Origin: an uncultured Candidatus Saccharibacteria bacterium
GTDB taxonomy: Bacteria; Patescibacteriota; UBA1384; XYA2-FULL-43-10; 1-14-0-10-43-13
Direction of reading: 5' to 3'
Length of the DNA stretch: 32,000 nt
NCBI GenBank assembly: GCA_964543385.1
Contig: CAZIYE010000001.1
Coordinates: 150,001 to 182,000, forward strand
The notes below the pieces were generated by a model. That model was not told the origin of the DNA. It did no database searches and saw only the letters and a list, made by a program, of their open reading frames with translations. A program made the position numbers and the translations under genes. Shown one piece after another: positions 1-8,367 of the stretch. How positions within the stretch are numbered: position 1 is the stretch's first letter; the number at the start of each line of letters is the position of its first letter.

Positions 1-2112
1 AAAAACATCTGTAATAAAATTCTGGAACTCATCAACATATAAGAAAAATGGAATTCTATCCTTCTCTAATATATCTTGGCGTGAAAATGCACCCATCGCA
101 ATTTTGGAAACTATAATCATACCAAGAAGAAATGCATTAATCTCCCCTATCATACCTTTCGATAGATTGCAGATTAGAATCTTCTTGTTATCCATTACAT
201 CACGGAAATCAAAAGATGATTTTGTCTGGCCTATGATATTGCGCATCATATCATTGGTCATAAAGCGGCCAAACTTTGAAGTAAAATAGTTAAGCATTTC
301 TGATTTATGGAAATCAGCTGTTTTAGCCATTTGCTTTTCCCAAAAAGATTTAACCACAGGATCAGTCACATATTGGACTCTATCTTTTTCGAAATCAGGA
401 TCAGTAAACAATCTTGGAACATCTATAATTGTTCCTCCTTCTGGATGAGACATCAAAGTAAGCGCAGCATTCCTCATCCAATGCTCAAACTGAGGGCCTA
501 CCATGCCTGTCTGATTTGGATCAAACAGTTTATAGAATATTTGTATTGATTCCTGAACTAAGAAGTCCCTCTGATCTGGTGTTTTCCATTCCAACATGTT
601 GAGACCCATCGGTCTTTCCTTATCTGCAGGATTGAAATAGATGACATCATCAGCACGCTCTTTTGGTATATGATTTAGGATCCATTCTGCGGCATCACCA
701 TTTGGATCAAGATAACAAACTCCATGACCTTCTTTGATGTCTTGCAAAATCATATTTTGAAATAAAACAGTTTTACCCACACCAGTTTTACCTATCTGAT
801 AAACATGTCTAAGGCGGTCTGATTGCTTGACCCTAATCATTTTCTCTTCACCTCGGAATATTGCCTTACCGACAACAGTACCCTCGGTTGGCAGATTTGC
901 TGGCGGCGCCTCACGTCTAGCTAATAGCCAAGAAATATTAGGTGTATCAACATAGCGATTTGGCAGGTGAAAAATAGACGCAAGTTCTTCCGTATTAAGT
1001 GCAAATCTCGGCATAACACTAAATATCCTAAAAATATATGAGGTGATCTCCTCATTTTTCTGACGTGCTTTCTTGACCGAGAAACCATTTGAGTCAGGAG
1101 AATGAAATTGATTAAATGCAGCAGCAGTATTCTTACAAATCTGTGCAGCAGTAAGTTTGTCTTTTGCAACTGCAACAATTCTAATCTGAGCGTCAAAGCC
1201 AAGTTTAGCAGCCTTTTCGCCTAACAATTTTACTTGTGCTTCTTGCTGTGGCGTCATTTTCATTGGATTCTTTGGATCATAGAGAGCGCTATGTTCCTCT
1301 TCCTGATTTCCTTTAGCTGCATTTGTTGCAGCACCAACAAAATTGAAAAATGATTCACTACCCCGCACAAAAGCAGAATTGGAGTGAGAAATTCGAGATT
1401 TGCCATGTTGTATGTTAAAAGCGGTCCTCTCTCCCTGTAACCGCCAAGATCCATCCGTCGGCCTAACTAGCATCTGGACTCCGGCGAACTGGTCTGCGCT
1501 CAATTTTGAGAGAGAGTTTGTAAGCGAATTAAGCGGATCTTCTTCTAAGTTTTTATAAGTCTTGATTGGGAAATAGTGTCTTTTTATTAAACCAAGATTT
1601 AAAATTTCCACCTTAAGAGGTTTCTCGGGAAAAATAGAATATTCTGAGTCCTCTTGTATTTCAGCATAAGGATATTGAGCTTGAAGATTTTTCAGAACCA
1701 TATCAGATATGCATCGTGGACAGCCAACGTAGAAAAAGATAAGACCATCCTTAGCAATTAATTCCACAGAAATGTGAGGCTGACCTTTCAGTCTATTTAC
1801 AACCGAAAAATCAAATAACGAATTTAGATTTGCATAAAATGGTTCAATAACTGCCAACATTTCCTGGAAATTCTTTCGCTGATCATCTTCCTCAGCATGA
1901 CGATCCTTGGGAACCATTATTTTAAACATTACCCAATCTTTTGTCATCTCAAGTTGAGAACTTCGCACAAACATTTTCCTTAAATAAATAACTAACCAAA
2001 TAAGAAATATATTTATTGCGATGAAAATTAAAGCCCAAAAATACCACTGCAGTCCCCCACTTGCAGCAGTCCCTCCTACCGAGCTATTTATATAATTCCC
2101 TCCATCGTACAT
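1..2112 (-). CDS. TraG/VirD4-like (type IV coupling / DUF87-like) ATPase, C-terminus off the left edge
   Basis: My reverse-frame translation opens MYDGGNYINSSVGG, then an N-terminal TM segment (WYFWALIFIAINIFLIWLVIIYL), Walker A GKTGVGKTVLFQNM, the motif GVCYLDPNGDAAEWIL, and Walker B-like FFLYVDEFQNF near the left edge. Runs off the window. Confidence 0.8.
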   Translation of the reverse strand, partial: MYDGGNYINSSVGGTAASGGLQWYFWALIFIAINIFLIWLVIYLRKMFVRSSQLEMTKDWVMFKIMVPKDRHAEEDDQRKNFQEMLAVIEPFYANLNSLFDFSVVNRLKGQPHISVELIAKDGLIFFYVGCPRCISDMVLKNLQAQYPYAEIQEDSEYSIFPEKPLKVEILNLGLIKRHYFPIKTYKNLEEDPLNSLTNSLSKLSADQFAGVQMLVRPTDGSWRLQGERTAFNIQHGKSRISHSNSAFVRGSESFFNFVGAATNAAKGNQEEEHSALYDPKNPMKMTPQQEAQVKLLGEKAAKLGFDAQIRIVAVAKDKLTAAQICKNTAAAFNQFHSPDSNGFSVKKARQKNEEITSYIFRIFSVMPRFALNTEELASIFHLPNRYVDTPNISWLLARREAPPANLPTEGTVVGKAIFRGEEKMIRVKQSDRLRHVYQIGKTGVGKTVLFQNMILQDIKEGHGVCYLDPNGDAAEWILNHIPKERADDVIYFNPADKERPMGLNMLEWKTPDQRDFLVQESIQIFYKLFDPNQTGMVGPQFEHWMRNAALTLMSHPEGGTIIDVPRLFTDPDFEKDRVQYVTDPVVKSFWEKQMAKTADFHKSEMLNYFTSKFGRFMTNDMMRNIIGQTKSSFDFRDVMDNKKILICNLSKGMIGEINAFLLGMIIVSKIAMGAFSRQDILEKDRIPFFLYVDEFQNFITDVF

Positions 2113-2127
2113 TTTTGTTTTTGTCCT

Positions 2128-3183
2128 CTATGCGGCTTCTTCTATTGTGATGTTTGATTTCGTTTTACCACGCTTCTCAGCCACAGCCTCAGCCATTTTA
2201 AATTGATCCGCACCGGCATCACCATGTGGTATCAATTTCTTAAAAAAACTAAATAGCCCAGATCCTTGAGCTTCTTCGGGAATTACAGGTATAGCCACCT
2301 GAGACAAATGCTTCTCGTGCACTCCCTGTATTTCAGCAACATCAGGTACTCCAATCTCTCTGTCGCCAATTGCCTTATCACCCCCCGTAACATTAATGTC
2401 TTCTATCTCCTTCGACGTTAAGATATTAGGCACAACCTCTGCAACATGTATTGGATCGACTTCAACAGGCCTGCCTGCTTCAGATTTAGCAGTTTCTATT
2501 GTTGGTGGTATTCTTCCATCATCAGCTTGGATGGACTCAGCAGGTATTGCAACATTAGTAGCGAGAGGAACGGCGACAGAATCTCTATCTCCATCAATTC
2601 CCAAAGCGCGACTTGCACCAGTCATTGCTCCTTCATCGACAGATGGTGCTGCTTGATCAGCACTTGCATCACTTAAATTAATATCTGGCATTTCTGGTCC
2701 AGGAAAAGAGACATCTATCTTATCCGGAACAATATCTTTAGAGCCAGCAAGGGCTGAATCATCATCTACAACTGCTCTTTTATTATCTCTTTTCTTTTTA
2801 GCTAACTCCAAACCCTCCGCGATTCTTGGCTTATTTTTATGATGAGCAGCTATGTGACCCTCATCATCAGCGAGACTTTCTCTTGCAGCATCAATTACAC
2901 GAAGATTAGCACGAGTCGGCGCCCAACTTATAGCACGTTCGAGAGGTGTGATAACTTTTGTCTCTTCGCCTGTTTCTACCTGCTCGTTATTTCGATCAAT
3001 AGTTTCCTGAAGATGCGCCTTTTCATCATTAGTCAAAGTAGATATCAAGCGCTGTATTTCCAAAGCAGTCTTTATTCTGTCCTCATTAGATAAAGTTGCA
3101 TCATAATATTGGCCAATATAGGACTCAACCTTACCCAAGTTGGAACCTGTTTCTAACTGTCTATCTTTGTTATCTAACTGCAT
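2128..3183 (-). CDS. hypothetical protein, 351 aa, acidic and low-complexity in the middle
   Basis: Long ORF collinear with flanking genes; adjacent to the coupling-ATPase gene. Confidence 0.8.
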   Translation of the reverse strand: MQLDNKDRQLETGSNLGKVESYIGQYYDATLSNEDRIKTALEIQRLISTLTNDEKAHLQETIDRNNEQVETGEETKVITPLERAISWAPTRANLRVIDAARESLADDEGHIAAHHKNKPRIAEGLELAKKKRDNKRAVVDDDSALAGSKDIVPDKIDVSFPGPEMPDINLSDASADQAAPSVDEGAMTGASRALGIDGDRDSVAVPLATNVAIPAESIQADDGRIPPTIETAKSEAGRPVEVDPIHVAEVVPNILTSKEIEDINVTGGDKAIGDREIGVPDVAEIQGVHEKHLSQVAIPVIPEEAQGSGLFSFFKKLIPHGDAGADQFKMAEAVAEKRGKTKSNITIEEAA

Positions 3184-3196
3184 ATAAGATGCCTTA

Positions 3197-3544
3197 CTAT
3201 TGTTGTTTATCTGCGTTTGCTTTTCTAACCCTTGTAATAAGATCTTCCCGAATATTTACCATCTCCTCAACAACTTTATCGCCGAAGGCAGGGATATTCT
3301 GATCTATATATTTCAAAATCTCTTCCTGATCCTGTTTGCCAATTATTTTGGCAAATTCTTCTACCTTCTCTGGTGGCAAATAGATGAGAATCAAATTCAT
3401 GATTCGATCATTTACAAGCTTCTCAATTTTCTCCTCAAATTCTTTTTGCTCCTGTTCTGGCAAAGTATGGAGCTGAAGATCTTGCATTAATTTTTTCTTA
3501 AAAAGATCTATTTCTTCGGTTGCAACTTTTTGGTTATCGGTCAT
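3197..3544 (-). CDS. hypothetical protein, 115 aa, helical and charged
   Basis: ORF in the same operon-like array; no recognised motif. Confidence 0.75.
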   Translation of the reverse strand: MTDNQKVATEEIDLFKKKLMQDLQLHTLPEQEQKEFEEKIEKLVNDRIMNLILIYLPPEKVEEFAKIIGKQDQEEILKYIDQNIPAFGDKVVEEMVNIREDLITRVRKANADKQQ

Positions 3545-3563
3545 TATTTCCTCCTAAAAAATA

Positions 3564-6440
3564 TTAGACTCTGCTGAGCGTTGTAAATGGCATGTTAATT
3601 AAATCTGTGCGAGTTGGGGTCATGGTACTACCTCCGCTGGTTAGATTAGTCAATGTAAATACCCCTGGATCAGTAGCGGTTGGAGGTGATGAAGTACTTG
3701 GTACAAAACTATCTATTCTGCAGAAAGCACCAAGCATGGGTATGAATATTATAGGATTACCAGCTGCAGCTGATCCCAAAAGATCAACTTTAGACGTTTT
3801 CTCGGCCAATTTTGGACCCGAGACGCCACCAGCCAAAACCTCATTAAATCTATAATTATTAGTACCGTAATTATAGTATACCTCTGCCTCAAACACGGGA
3901 TTATCTCCCTCAAGCTTTACGCTAGAAACATGGCAAGTTAGAGTAGTTCCAGTAGGCGCATTCTTTAGATCGGGACTTAATACTAGAGGCAAATCAGTTC
4001 TACCACCGACAGCAGATGGGAGCCTAAAAACCAACTTACCGCCAGAGTTTACTAATGTCCCGCCAGCAAAATCAAGCCCCTCAAAAGCCGTTTTAAGGCC
4101 GTCCAAATCAACGGCCGGTGTCTCAGGAGTTGTCGTTGCGGTCCCTCTCCCTTCCTTCAATACTTTGATTGGATTAGGAGTATTTAATAATCCATCAGGC
4201 GTAACGAGATCTCTGAATCGAACCCTTGGGTGAGTTACTGTACCACCGCCAGCAAGGATTGCATCTTCAGCAGGAGTATTTCTAAATGATAGGAATTCAT
4301 TTGGAGCCGGACCAACTTCGATAATATCAAATCTGCCATCTGTCCTTCGTCCAGGAGTAGCAGCGGGATACGCCCTCGCTGCAGCAGCAAGAAAAGCCGG
4401 GGTAAATTCTACTCTACCGCCTCGTAATCTCTGACGGCTTAGCTCTGTGTTGGTCTCTCTTTGCTCTCTTCTTTCTCTTTCTCTTTCTCTAGCGGTAGCT
4501 AAAGCTTCAGGTGTATTATAGGCGAGAACAGCAATTGCTGGATTTAGTTCAGTCTGATTATTATTTGAAATCTGTTGCAGAGTAATATTTGGATGAGGAT
4601 CACGTCCAGCCGTTCTTTCTGTTCTATCCCAATCATTGTCCTCAAATCTCAATCTACCGTCTGCTTCAATACCGCTAATATCATATTGTCTTGACCCTCG
4701 AGCAGCAGGTACTAATCCTGCTATTGCAGCTGGTGCGGTTGCCAAAATTGTAACTCTGTTGCCAATAAGCCGTGATCGAAGACTTTCCTGTCTTGTCCTA
4801 AGCTGTTCTCTGTCAAAGCCTGTGACTTCTTTACGACTCTCGTCAACAGCACCTCTCATAACCTTGCTAACATCGCTATCAATGTTTCTCTGAGCGTTTG
4901 TCCTACCACGCCACCAGAGTGCACCCACACCAGCACCAGCTAGTGCAATCGGTCCGCTGAACTTATCAATCAATGCCATAGCGGCGTTTGGAGAACCATT
5001 GAATTCTATCAATTGTTCAGCAACCGATGGATGAGACAAAATAAAGTGTTGGATTTCTGGAGGAAGCGCGATGAAAGCATCTTTGTGTTCTACTAAATAA
5101 TTTCCGAATTCTTCACCGTTTGGAAGAGTCACGCTCATATCTATATTATGTGCATTAGCAAACTGTTCAAGATTTTGCGCTGGATCAGCACCCTGCAAAA
5201 TACTATCGACTTGAGTTATTTCACCTGTATGCAATCCCATAATAGATGCATGTTCTCCTTGATCAGCAAGACCCTGCAATTTTGACAAGTGATCAACAAG
5301 TGCTCTATTACTTTCTGACAACGAATCGTAGCTGACATCACCAGACATAACCTGATTATAAGTGTCCAGATTAGCTGCATGGTCTGCATTTTCTCCAGCG
5401 ATTTGAGCAGATTGCGAAAGAGCATCAGCCTTTGCCTGAAGCAAAGCATCTGGACTAGCCGCAGCTTGAGCACCTCCGCCAAAATGATCTTTGATCCAAT
5501 CAGCAGCTCCCTGCAGCCCGCCGTGATTGAACATCCAGCCGAGCACACCACCGATAGTACTACCAAGTGCAAAGCCTTTTATTGTAGAAATCATTACCTT
5601 ATTGCGATTTAAATCCCGTACAGTTTCATAAGACTTGCGGTATTTTTCACCCGCTGCTCTCGAAACCAGATTGAAATCATCATTGCTCTCACCCATCATT
5701 TGGTCGATAGCGGCCAAAGCTGGATTCATTGTCTCACCAGCATCTCTGGCTTCATTTCTTCTCTGTCCTAAAAGCTGTTTTATCTGTCGATATTTAAGTA
5801 CCATTTCAAAACGTGTAGCATCATTTCCGCGGACTCTATTATCCATAATAGCATTGCGCATAATACCTAGAGCCGTCATCAAGTGGCCACTGTCTAATCT
5901 GCTAAGCTCAGGATTTGAAGCACGTAATATTCCAAGCTCTGACATCCATACTGCAGCACCCTCTGTTTGTTCTTTTGCTCTTGTGTAACCGCTAATTGCG
6001 CCCATGCCACCACCGATAAGTATATCTGTGACTGGTCCGCCTAAACCAAGGGAACCATTTACTACTGATCGGACAGCCATACCAGCACCAGCCATGCCCA
6101 AAGTCCTGCCTATACCGCTCTCTCTAAAACGATTCCATATGCCACGAAAAAATCCTCCGATTCCTCTACGATCTCGAAGTATTTGGTGAAAAAGTTGTGA
6201 ATCAGCGTCATCGCTCTCAAGGATCTGTCGACAAGCATCTGGATTGCGTTCTATTTCAGCAAGTGATCTAGAATACTCTCGTTCGCTTGCAGCTCTCTCT
6301 CTGGCAAAGCCAGCTGAGGAATCAAAATCATCACCGTCGACAACGTGCTGTGCTTCCTCATTTACATCCGCCCGATACTCTGCCCTTGGCCCTGGTCCGA
6401 TAGCCATAGTACCCTCCGAAATAGTACTAAATTTATACAA
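3564..6440 (-). CDS. large hypothetical membrane protein, 958 aa
   Basis: Single long ORF with glycine-rich hydrophobic segments (GFALGSTIGGVLGWMF, GPIALAGAGVGALWW) and a charged TARERERERREQRET segment; co-directional with the ATPase cluster. Confidence 0.85.
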   Translation of the reverse strand: MYKFSTISEGTMAIGPGPRAEYRADVNEEAQHVVDGDDFDSSAGFARERAASEREYSRSLAEIERNPDACRQILESDDADSQLFHQILRDRRGIGGFFRGIWNRFRESGIGRTLGMAGAGMAVRSVVNGSLGLGGPVTDILIGGGMGAISGYTRAKEQTEGAAVWMSELGILRASNPELSRLDSGHLMTALGIMRNAIMDNRVRGNDATRFEMVLKYRQIKQLLGQRRNEARDAGETMNPALAAIDQMMGESNDDFNLVSRAAGEKYRKSYETVRDLNRNKVMISTIKGFALGSTIGGVLGWMFNHGGLQGAADWIKDHFGGGAQAAASPDALLQAKADALSQSAQIAGENADHAANLDTYNQVMSGDVSYDSLSESNRALVDHLSKLQGLADQGEHASIMGLHTGEITQVDSILQGADPAQNLEQFANAHNIDMSVTLPNGEEFGNYLVEHKDAFIALPPEIQHFILSHPSVAEQLIEFNGSPNAAMALIDKFSGPIALAGAGVGALWWRGRTNAQRNIDSDVSKVMRGAVDESRKEVTGFDREQLRTRQESLRSRLIGNRVTILATAPAAIAGLVPAARGSRQYDISGIEADGRLRFEDNDWDRTERTAGRDPHPNITLQQISNNNQTELNPAIAVLAYNTPEALATARERERERREQRETNTELSRQRLRGGRVEFTPAFLAAAARAYPAATPGRRTDGRFDIIEVGPAPNEFLSFRNTPAEDAILAGGGTVTHPRVRFRDLVTPDGLLNTPNPIKVLKEGRGTATTTPETPAVDLDGLKTAFEGLDFAGGTLVNSGGKLVFRLPSAVGGRTDLPLVLSPDLKNAPTGTTLTCHVSSVKLEGDNPVFEAEVYYNYGTNNYRFNEVLAGGVSGPKLAEKTSKVDLLGSAAAGNPIIFIPMLGAFCRIDSFVPSTSSPPTATDPGVFTLTNLTSGGSTMTPTRTDLINMPFTTLSRV

Positions 6441-6540
6441 AAAATTTTGGTCTAAAACCTGTTATTTAGATTATAACAACAAGCATTTCTTTATACAACA
6501 ATTGCAAATAAAAAAATACTTTTATAAATAAAAAACAAAA

Positions 6541-6560
6541 AACTCTCCGAAAGGAGAGTT
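6541..6560 (-). terminator. Rho-independent terminator
   Basis: Perfect hairpin AACTCTCC-TTTC-GGAGAGTT followed by TTTTGTTTTT on the minus strand. Confidence 0.85.
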
Positions 6561-6579
6561 AAAAAGGCCCATAAAAACA

Positions 6580-6613
6580 CTGAAACCCCACCGCGCGATG
6601 CGATGGGGTTCAG
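6580..6613 (-). terminator. GC-rich hairpin just after the GC-rich gene
   Basis: CTGAACCCCATCGC / GCGGTGGGGTTTCAG stem, followed by TGTTTTTA on the minus strand. Confidence 0.6.
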
Positions 6614-6652
6614 GAACATTTGCCTCAGGATGAGGCGGGAGGATGCTGCCCC

Positions 6653-7363
6653 TTACGGGGTAGTATCCTCCCAGGAATTCTTCACCTCCCAGCGGACGCC
6701 GGCATGGCGTCCACGAGCGTTGAAGGTCCTCTTCTCGCCGGGCTGGCGGGCGGGACGCGTGTCCCACTCGCCGAACAAGTTGCCCACCAGGGCGGCCACG
6801 TTGGTCCGCAGAACCAGGACCAGAACGACGGCCACGATCAACAACCACCACCAATTGGCGGCCAGCCAGTTAATTACTGCCATGGGATCTCCTGCCGGGG
6901 TTACCGGCGGCGTCGACGTAGTCGGCGCGGTCGTGCCGGGGGTGGCCGGCGGAGTAGTTGCAGGTAGGGATGCAAGCGGCGCAAGGCCGTACTTGTCTTC
7001 GAGCAAGCGAATTACCGCTCCCTCAGTGATATAGCCGCGATCTTGCAACCAAGCATCGACTTTCGCCTGACTTTCCGGCGTACCCCCAAGGGGGTTTGCT
7101 TTCAGATAGGCGATGTCAGACTGGATCTTGGTGATCTGATACTTGATGTCCCGGATCTCACTCTGGACTCGGCGGGTACCTGCACGGTCACCCTGGCATA
7201 TATATTCCCGAAGGATTACTTGCCGTTCAGCGACTTGTTGCTCTTTTGTAGCAATCTGCTGCTGAAGCTGGGGAACCGGGGTACCAGCGTCGGGCCCGAG
7301 TTGAGCGAATGCCGCTACGGTAGCGGCGAGCATGATGGCGATCAGGATGATCGTTTTCTTCAT
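6653..7363 (-). CDS. GC-rich gene: secreted/membrane-anchored hypothetical protein, 236 aa
   Basis: Signal peptide-like MKKTIILIAIMLAATVAAFAQ, coiled-coil-like region, TP-rich linker, TM segment WWWLLIVAVVLVLVL. Clear base-composition contrast to neighbouring genes. Confidence 0.75.
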   Translation of the reverse strand: MKKTIILIAIMLAATVAAFAQLGPDAGTPVPQLQQQIATKEQQVAERQVILREYICQGDRAGTRRVQSEIRDIKYQITKIQSDIAYLKANPLGGTPESQAKVDAWLQDRGYITEGAVIRLLEDKYGLAPLASLPATTPPATPGTTAPTTSTPPVTPAGDPMAVINWLAANWWWLLIVAVVLVLVLRTNVAALVGNLFGEWDTRPARQPGEKRTFNARGRHAGVRWEVKNSWEDTTP

Positions 7364-7534
7364 GGTGTTCTCCCGCTGTATGGTGGCGACCCGCTCGATT
7401 GTGAATTTTTTTATTACCGAGCAAACAAGATAGAAAAGTGTAAATTCAGGCGCTCAAAAGCGCCGTTTAAGCGTAATTTCTACTCTCTTTGCTCAGTAAT
7501 ACTATTTAATTGTTAAGGTACTTTGTGCTCATAT

Positions 7535-7750
7535 TCACCCTTTTAGGGTAAACAAAAGGCGACACTGTTCTGCATAACTCGATAGGCGGAGGGGGAACCT
7601 ATTTCCCTGATAAATCAGGGAAGTTGAGCTATGCAGGACGCTGCCGCCTGCATATTGACCACTTATATTAGATACTGACTCTGTTTCCTCCATCGTGCAG
7701 TTGTCTATTATTAGTTGTCTTTGGGATTGTTTTGATACTTGCTCGGCCAC
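7535..7750 (-). CDS. possible small protein, 71 aa (doubtful; overlaps strong RNA structure)
   Basis: ORF opens at GTG just downstream of a consensus promoter, but contains a 73-nt three-way-junction inverted repeat. Confidence 0.2.
   Translation of the reverse strand: MAEQVSKQSQRQLIIDNCTMEETESVSNISGQYAGGSVLHSSTSLIYQGNRFPLRLSSYAEQCRLLFTLKG
7567..7639 (-). ncRNA. candidate structured RNA, three-way junction
   Basis: Outer helix 7567-7580/7626-7639 (GTTCTGCATAaCTC / GAGcTATGCAGGAC), hairpin 7582-7602 (ATAGG/CCTAT with a C-rich loop on the minus strand), hairpin 7603-7622 (TTCCCTGAT/ATCAGGGAA). Strand inferred from the upstream promoter. Confidence 0.5.
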
Positions 7751-7772
7751 TTTCCTAACCGTGCATATTTAT

Positions 7773-7801
7773 ATTATACAATATTTATTTTAATTTGTCA
7801 A
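7773..7801 (-). promoter_or_regulatory. sigma70-type promoter
   Basis: Minus strand TTGACA (7801-7796), 17 nt, TATAAT (7778-7773). Confidence 0.75.
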
Positions 7802-7828
7802 TAGATATTGATACTTTCTGTGACAATA

Positions 7829-7893
7829 TGCTGGCAATCCATACGGCCGGAGGGGGGGGCCGTATCTACAATTAAATGCTAGGATTACCAACA
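7829..7893 (-). ncRNA. candidate structured RNA with C-rich loop
   Basis: Helix TGTTGGTAATCC (7893-7882) with GGATTGCCAGCA (7840-7829), including two G-U pairs in the minus-sense RNA. It encloses a perfect 8-bp hairpin ATACGGCC/GGCCGTAT (7841-7848/7858-7865) with loop CCCCCCTCC. Confidence 0.5.
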
Positions 7894-7984
7894 TGCTGGC
7901 ACAGACTTAATACAAATCAGACTCATAATTTGTTACTATTTATTCCTCCTGAGAATTCCACCTCGCCTACCCTCAGAACATCGC

Positions 7985-8013
7985 ATTGTAACATAACAAA
8001 AATACTTTGTCAA
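7985..8013 (-). promoter_or_regulatory. sigma70-type promoter
   Basis: Minus strand TTGACA (8013-8008), 17 nt, TACAAT (7990-7985). Confidence 0.65.
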
Positions 8014-8054
8014 GACGAATCCCAACAAAGTATTTATATCAGATTAAAACAGCA

Positions 8055-8348
8055 CTACAAATTGGAAATTTCGTCTCTGATTCTTTTTAGCTCGAAGCTT
8101 TTGTCTACTTCACTCTCTATATTATCCAGCTCCTCTAAAGATTTCTTTATCTGCAGTAGCTCTGTTATATAGGCTTTATTTATATTATTACTCAGCTCTA
8201 TATACTCTTCAACAAGATTCACATAATACTCACCCTGATCCTCTTTCGTCCATTCGGAGTTAATAAATGTCTTGAGAAGCGCTTTAGCTTCATCGTATTT
8301 CCCTTGGCTAAGCAATTCGTTAAATTGAACATTATCTAAATTTGGCAT
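8055..8348 (-). CDS. hypothetical protein, 97 aa
   Basis: ORF directly downstream of the 436-aa ORF, same strand, host-like base composition. Confidence 0.7.
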   Translation of the reverse strand: MPNLDNVQFNELLSQGKYDEAKALLKTFINSEWTKEDQGEYYVNLVEEYIELSNNINKAYITELLQIKKSLEELDNIESEVDKSFELKRIRDEISNL

Positions 8349-8367
8349 AATTTGCCTTTCATAAAAA

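Noticed and set aside
2396-3302. Plus-strand ORFs antisense to the hypothetical genes
   Set aside because: They mirror long minus-strand ORFs, overlap one another and lack protein-like motifs; the same applies to most other plus-strand ORFs in the track.
6522-7034. ORFs 6522-6854 (-), 6603-7034 (+), 6620-6967 (+) and 7227-7424 (-) in the GC-rich island
   Set aside because: Alternative frames opened by high GC; the 6653-7363 frame has the signal peptide, TM segment and sensible domain layout.
7567-7639. Hammerhead-type ribozyme
   Set aside because: Three-way junction shape is present but no CUGAUGA/GAAA core.
7851-7859. Run of about 8-9 G as a biological signal in itself
   Set aside because: Homopolymer length may be a sequencing or assembly error; it affects only loop length, not the helices.
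7380-8040. RNase P RNA, tmRNA or SRP RNA in the structured intergenic regions here and at 20650-21240
   Set aside because: Looked for GAGGAAAGTCC/ACAGAA, tmRNA termini and GGAAGCAGCC-type motifs and did not find them; Infernal would be decisive.
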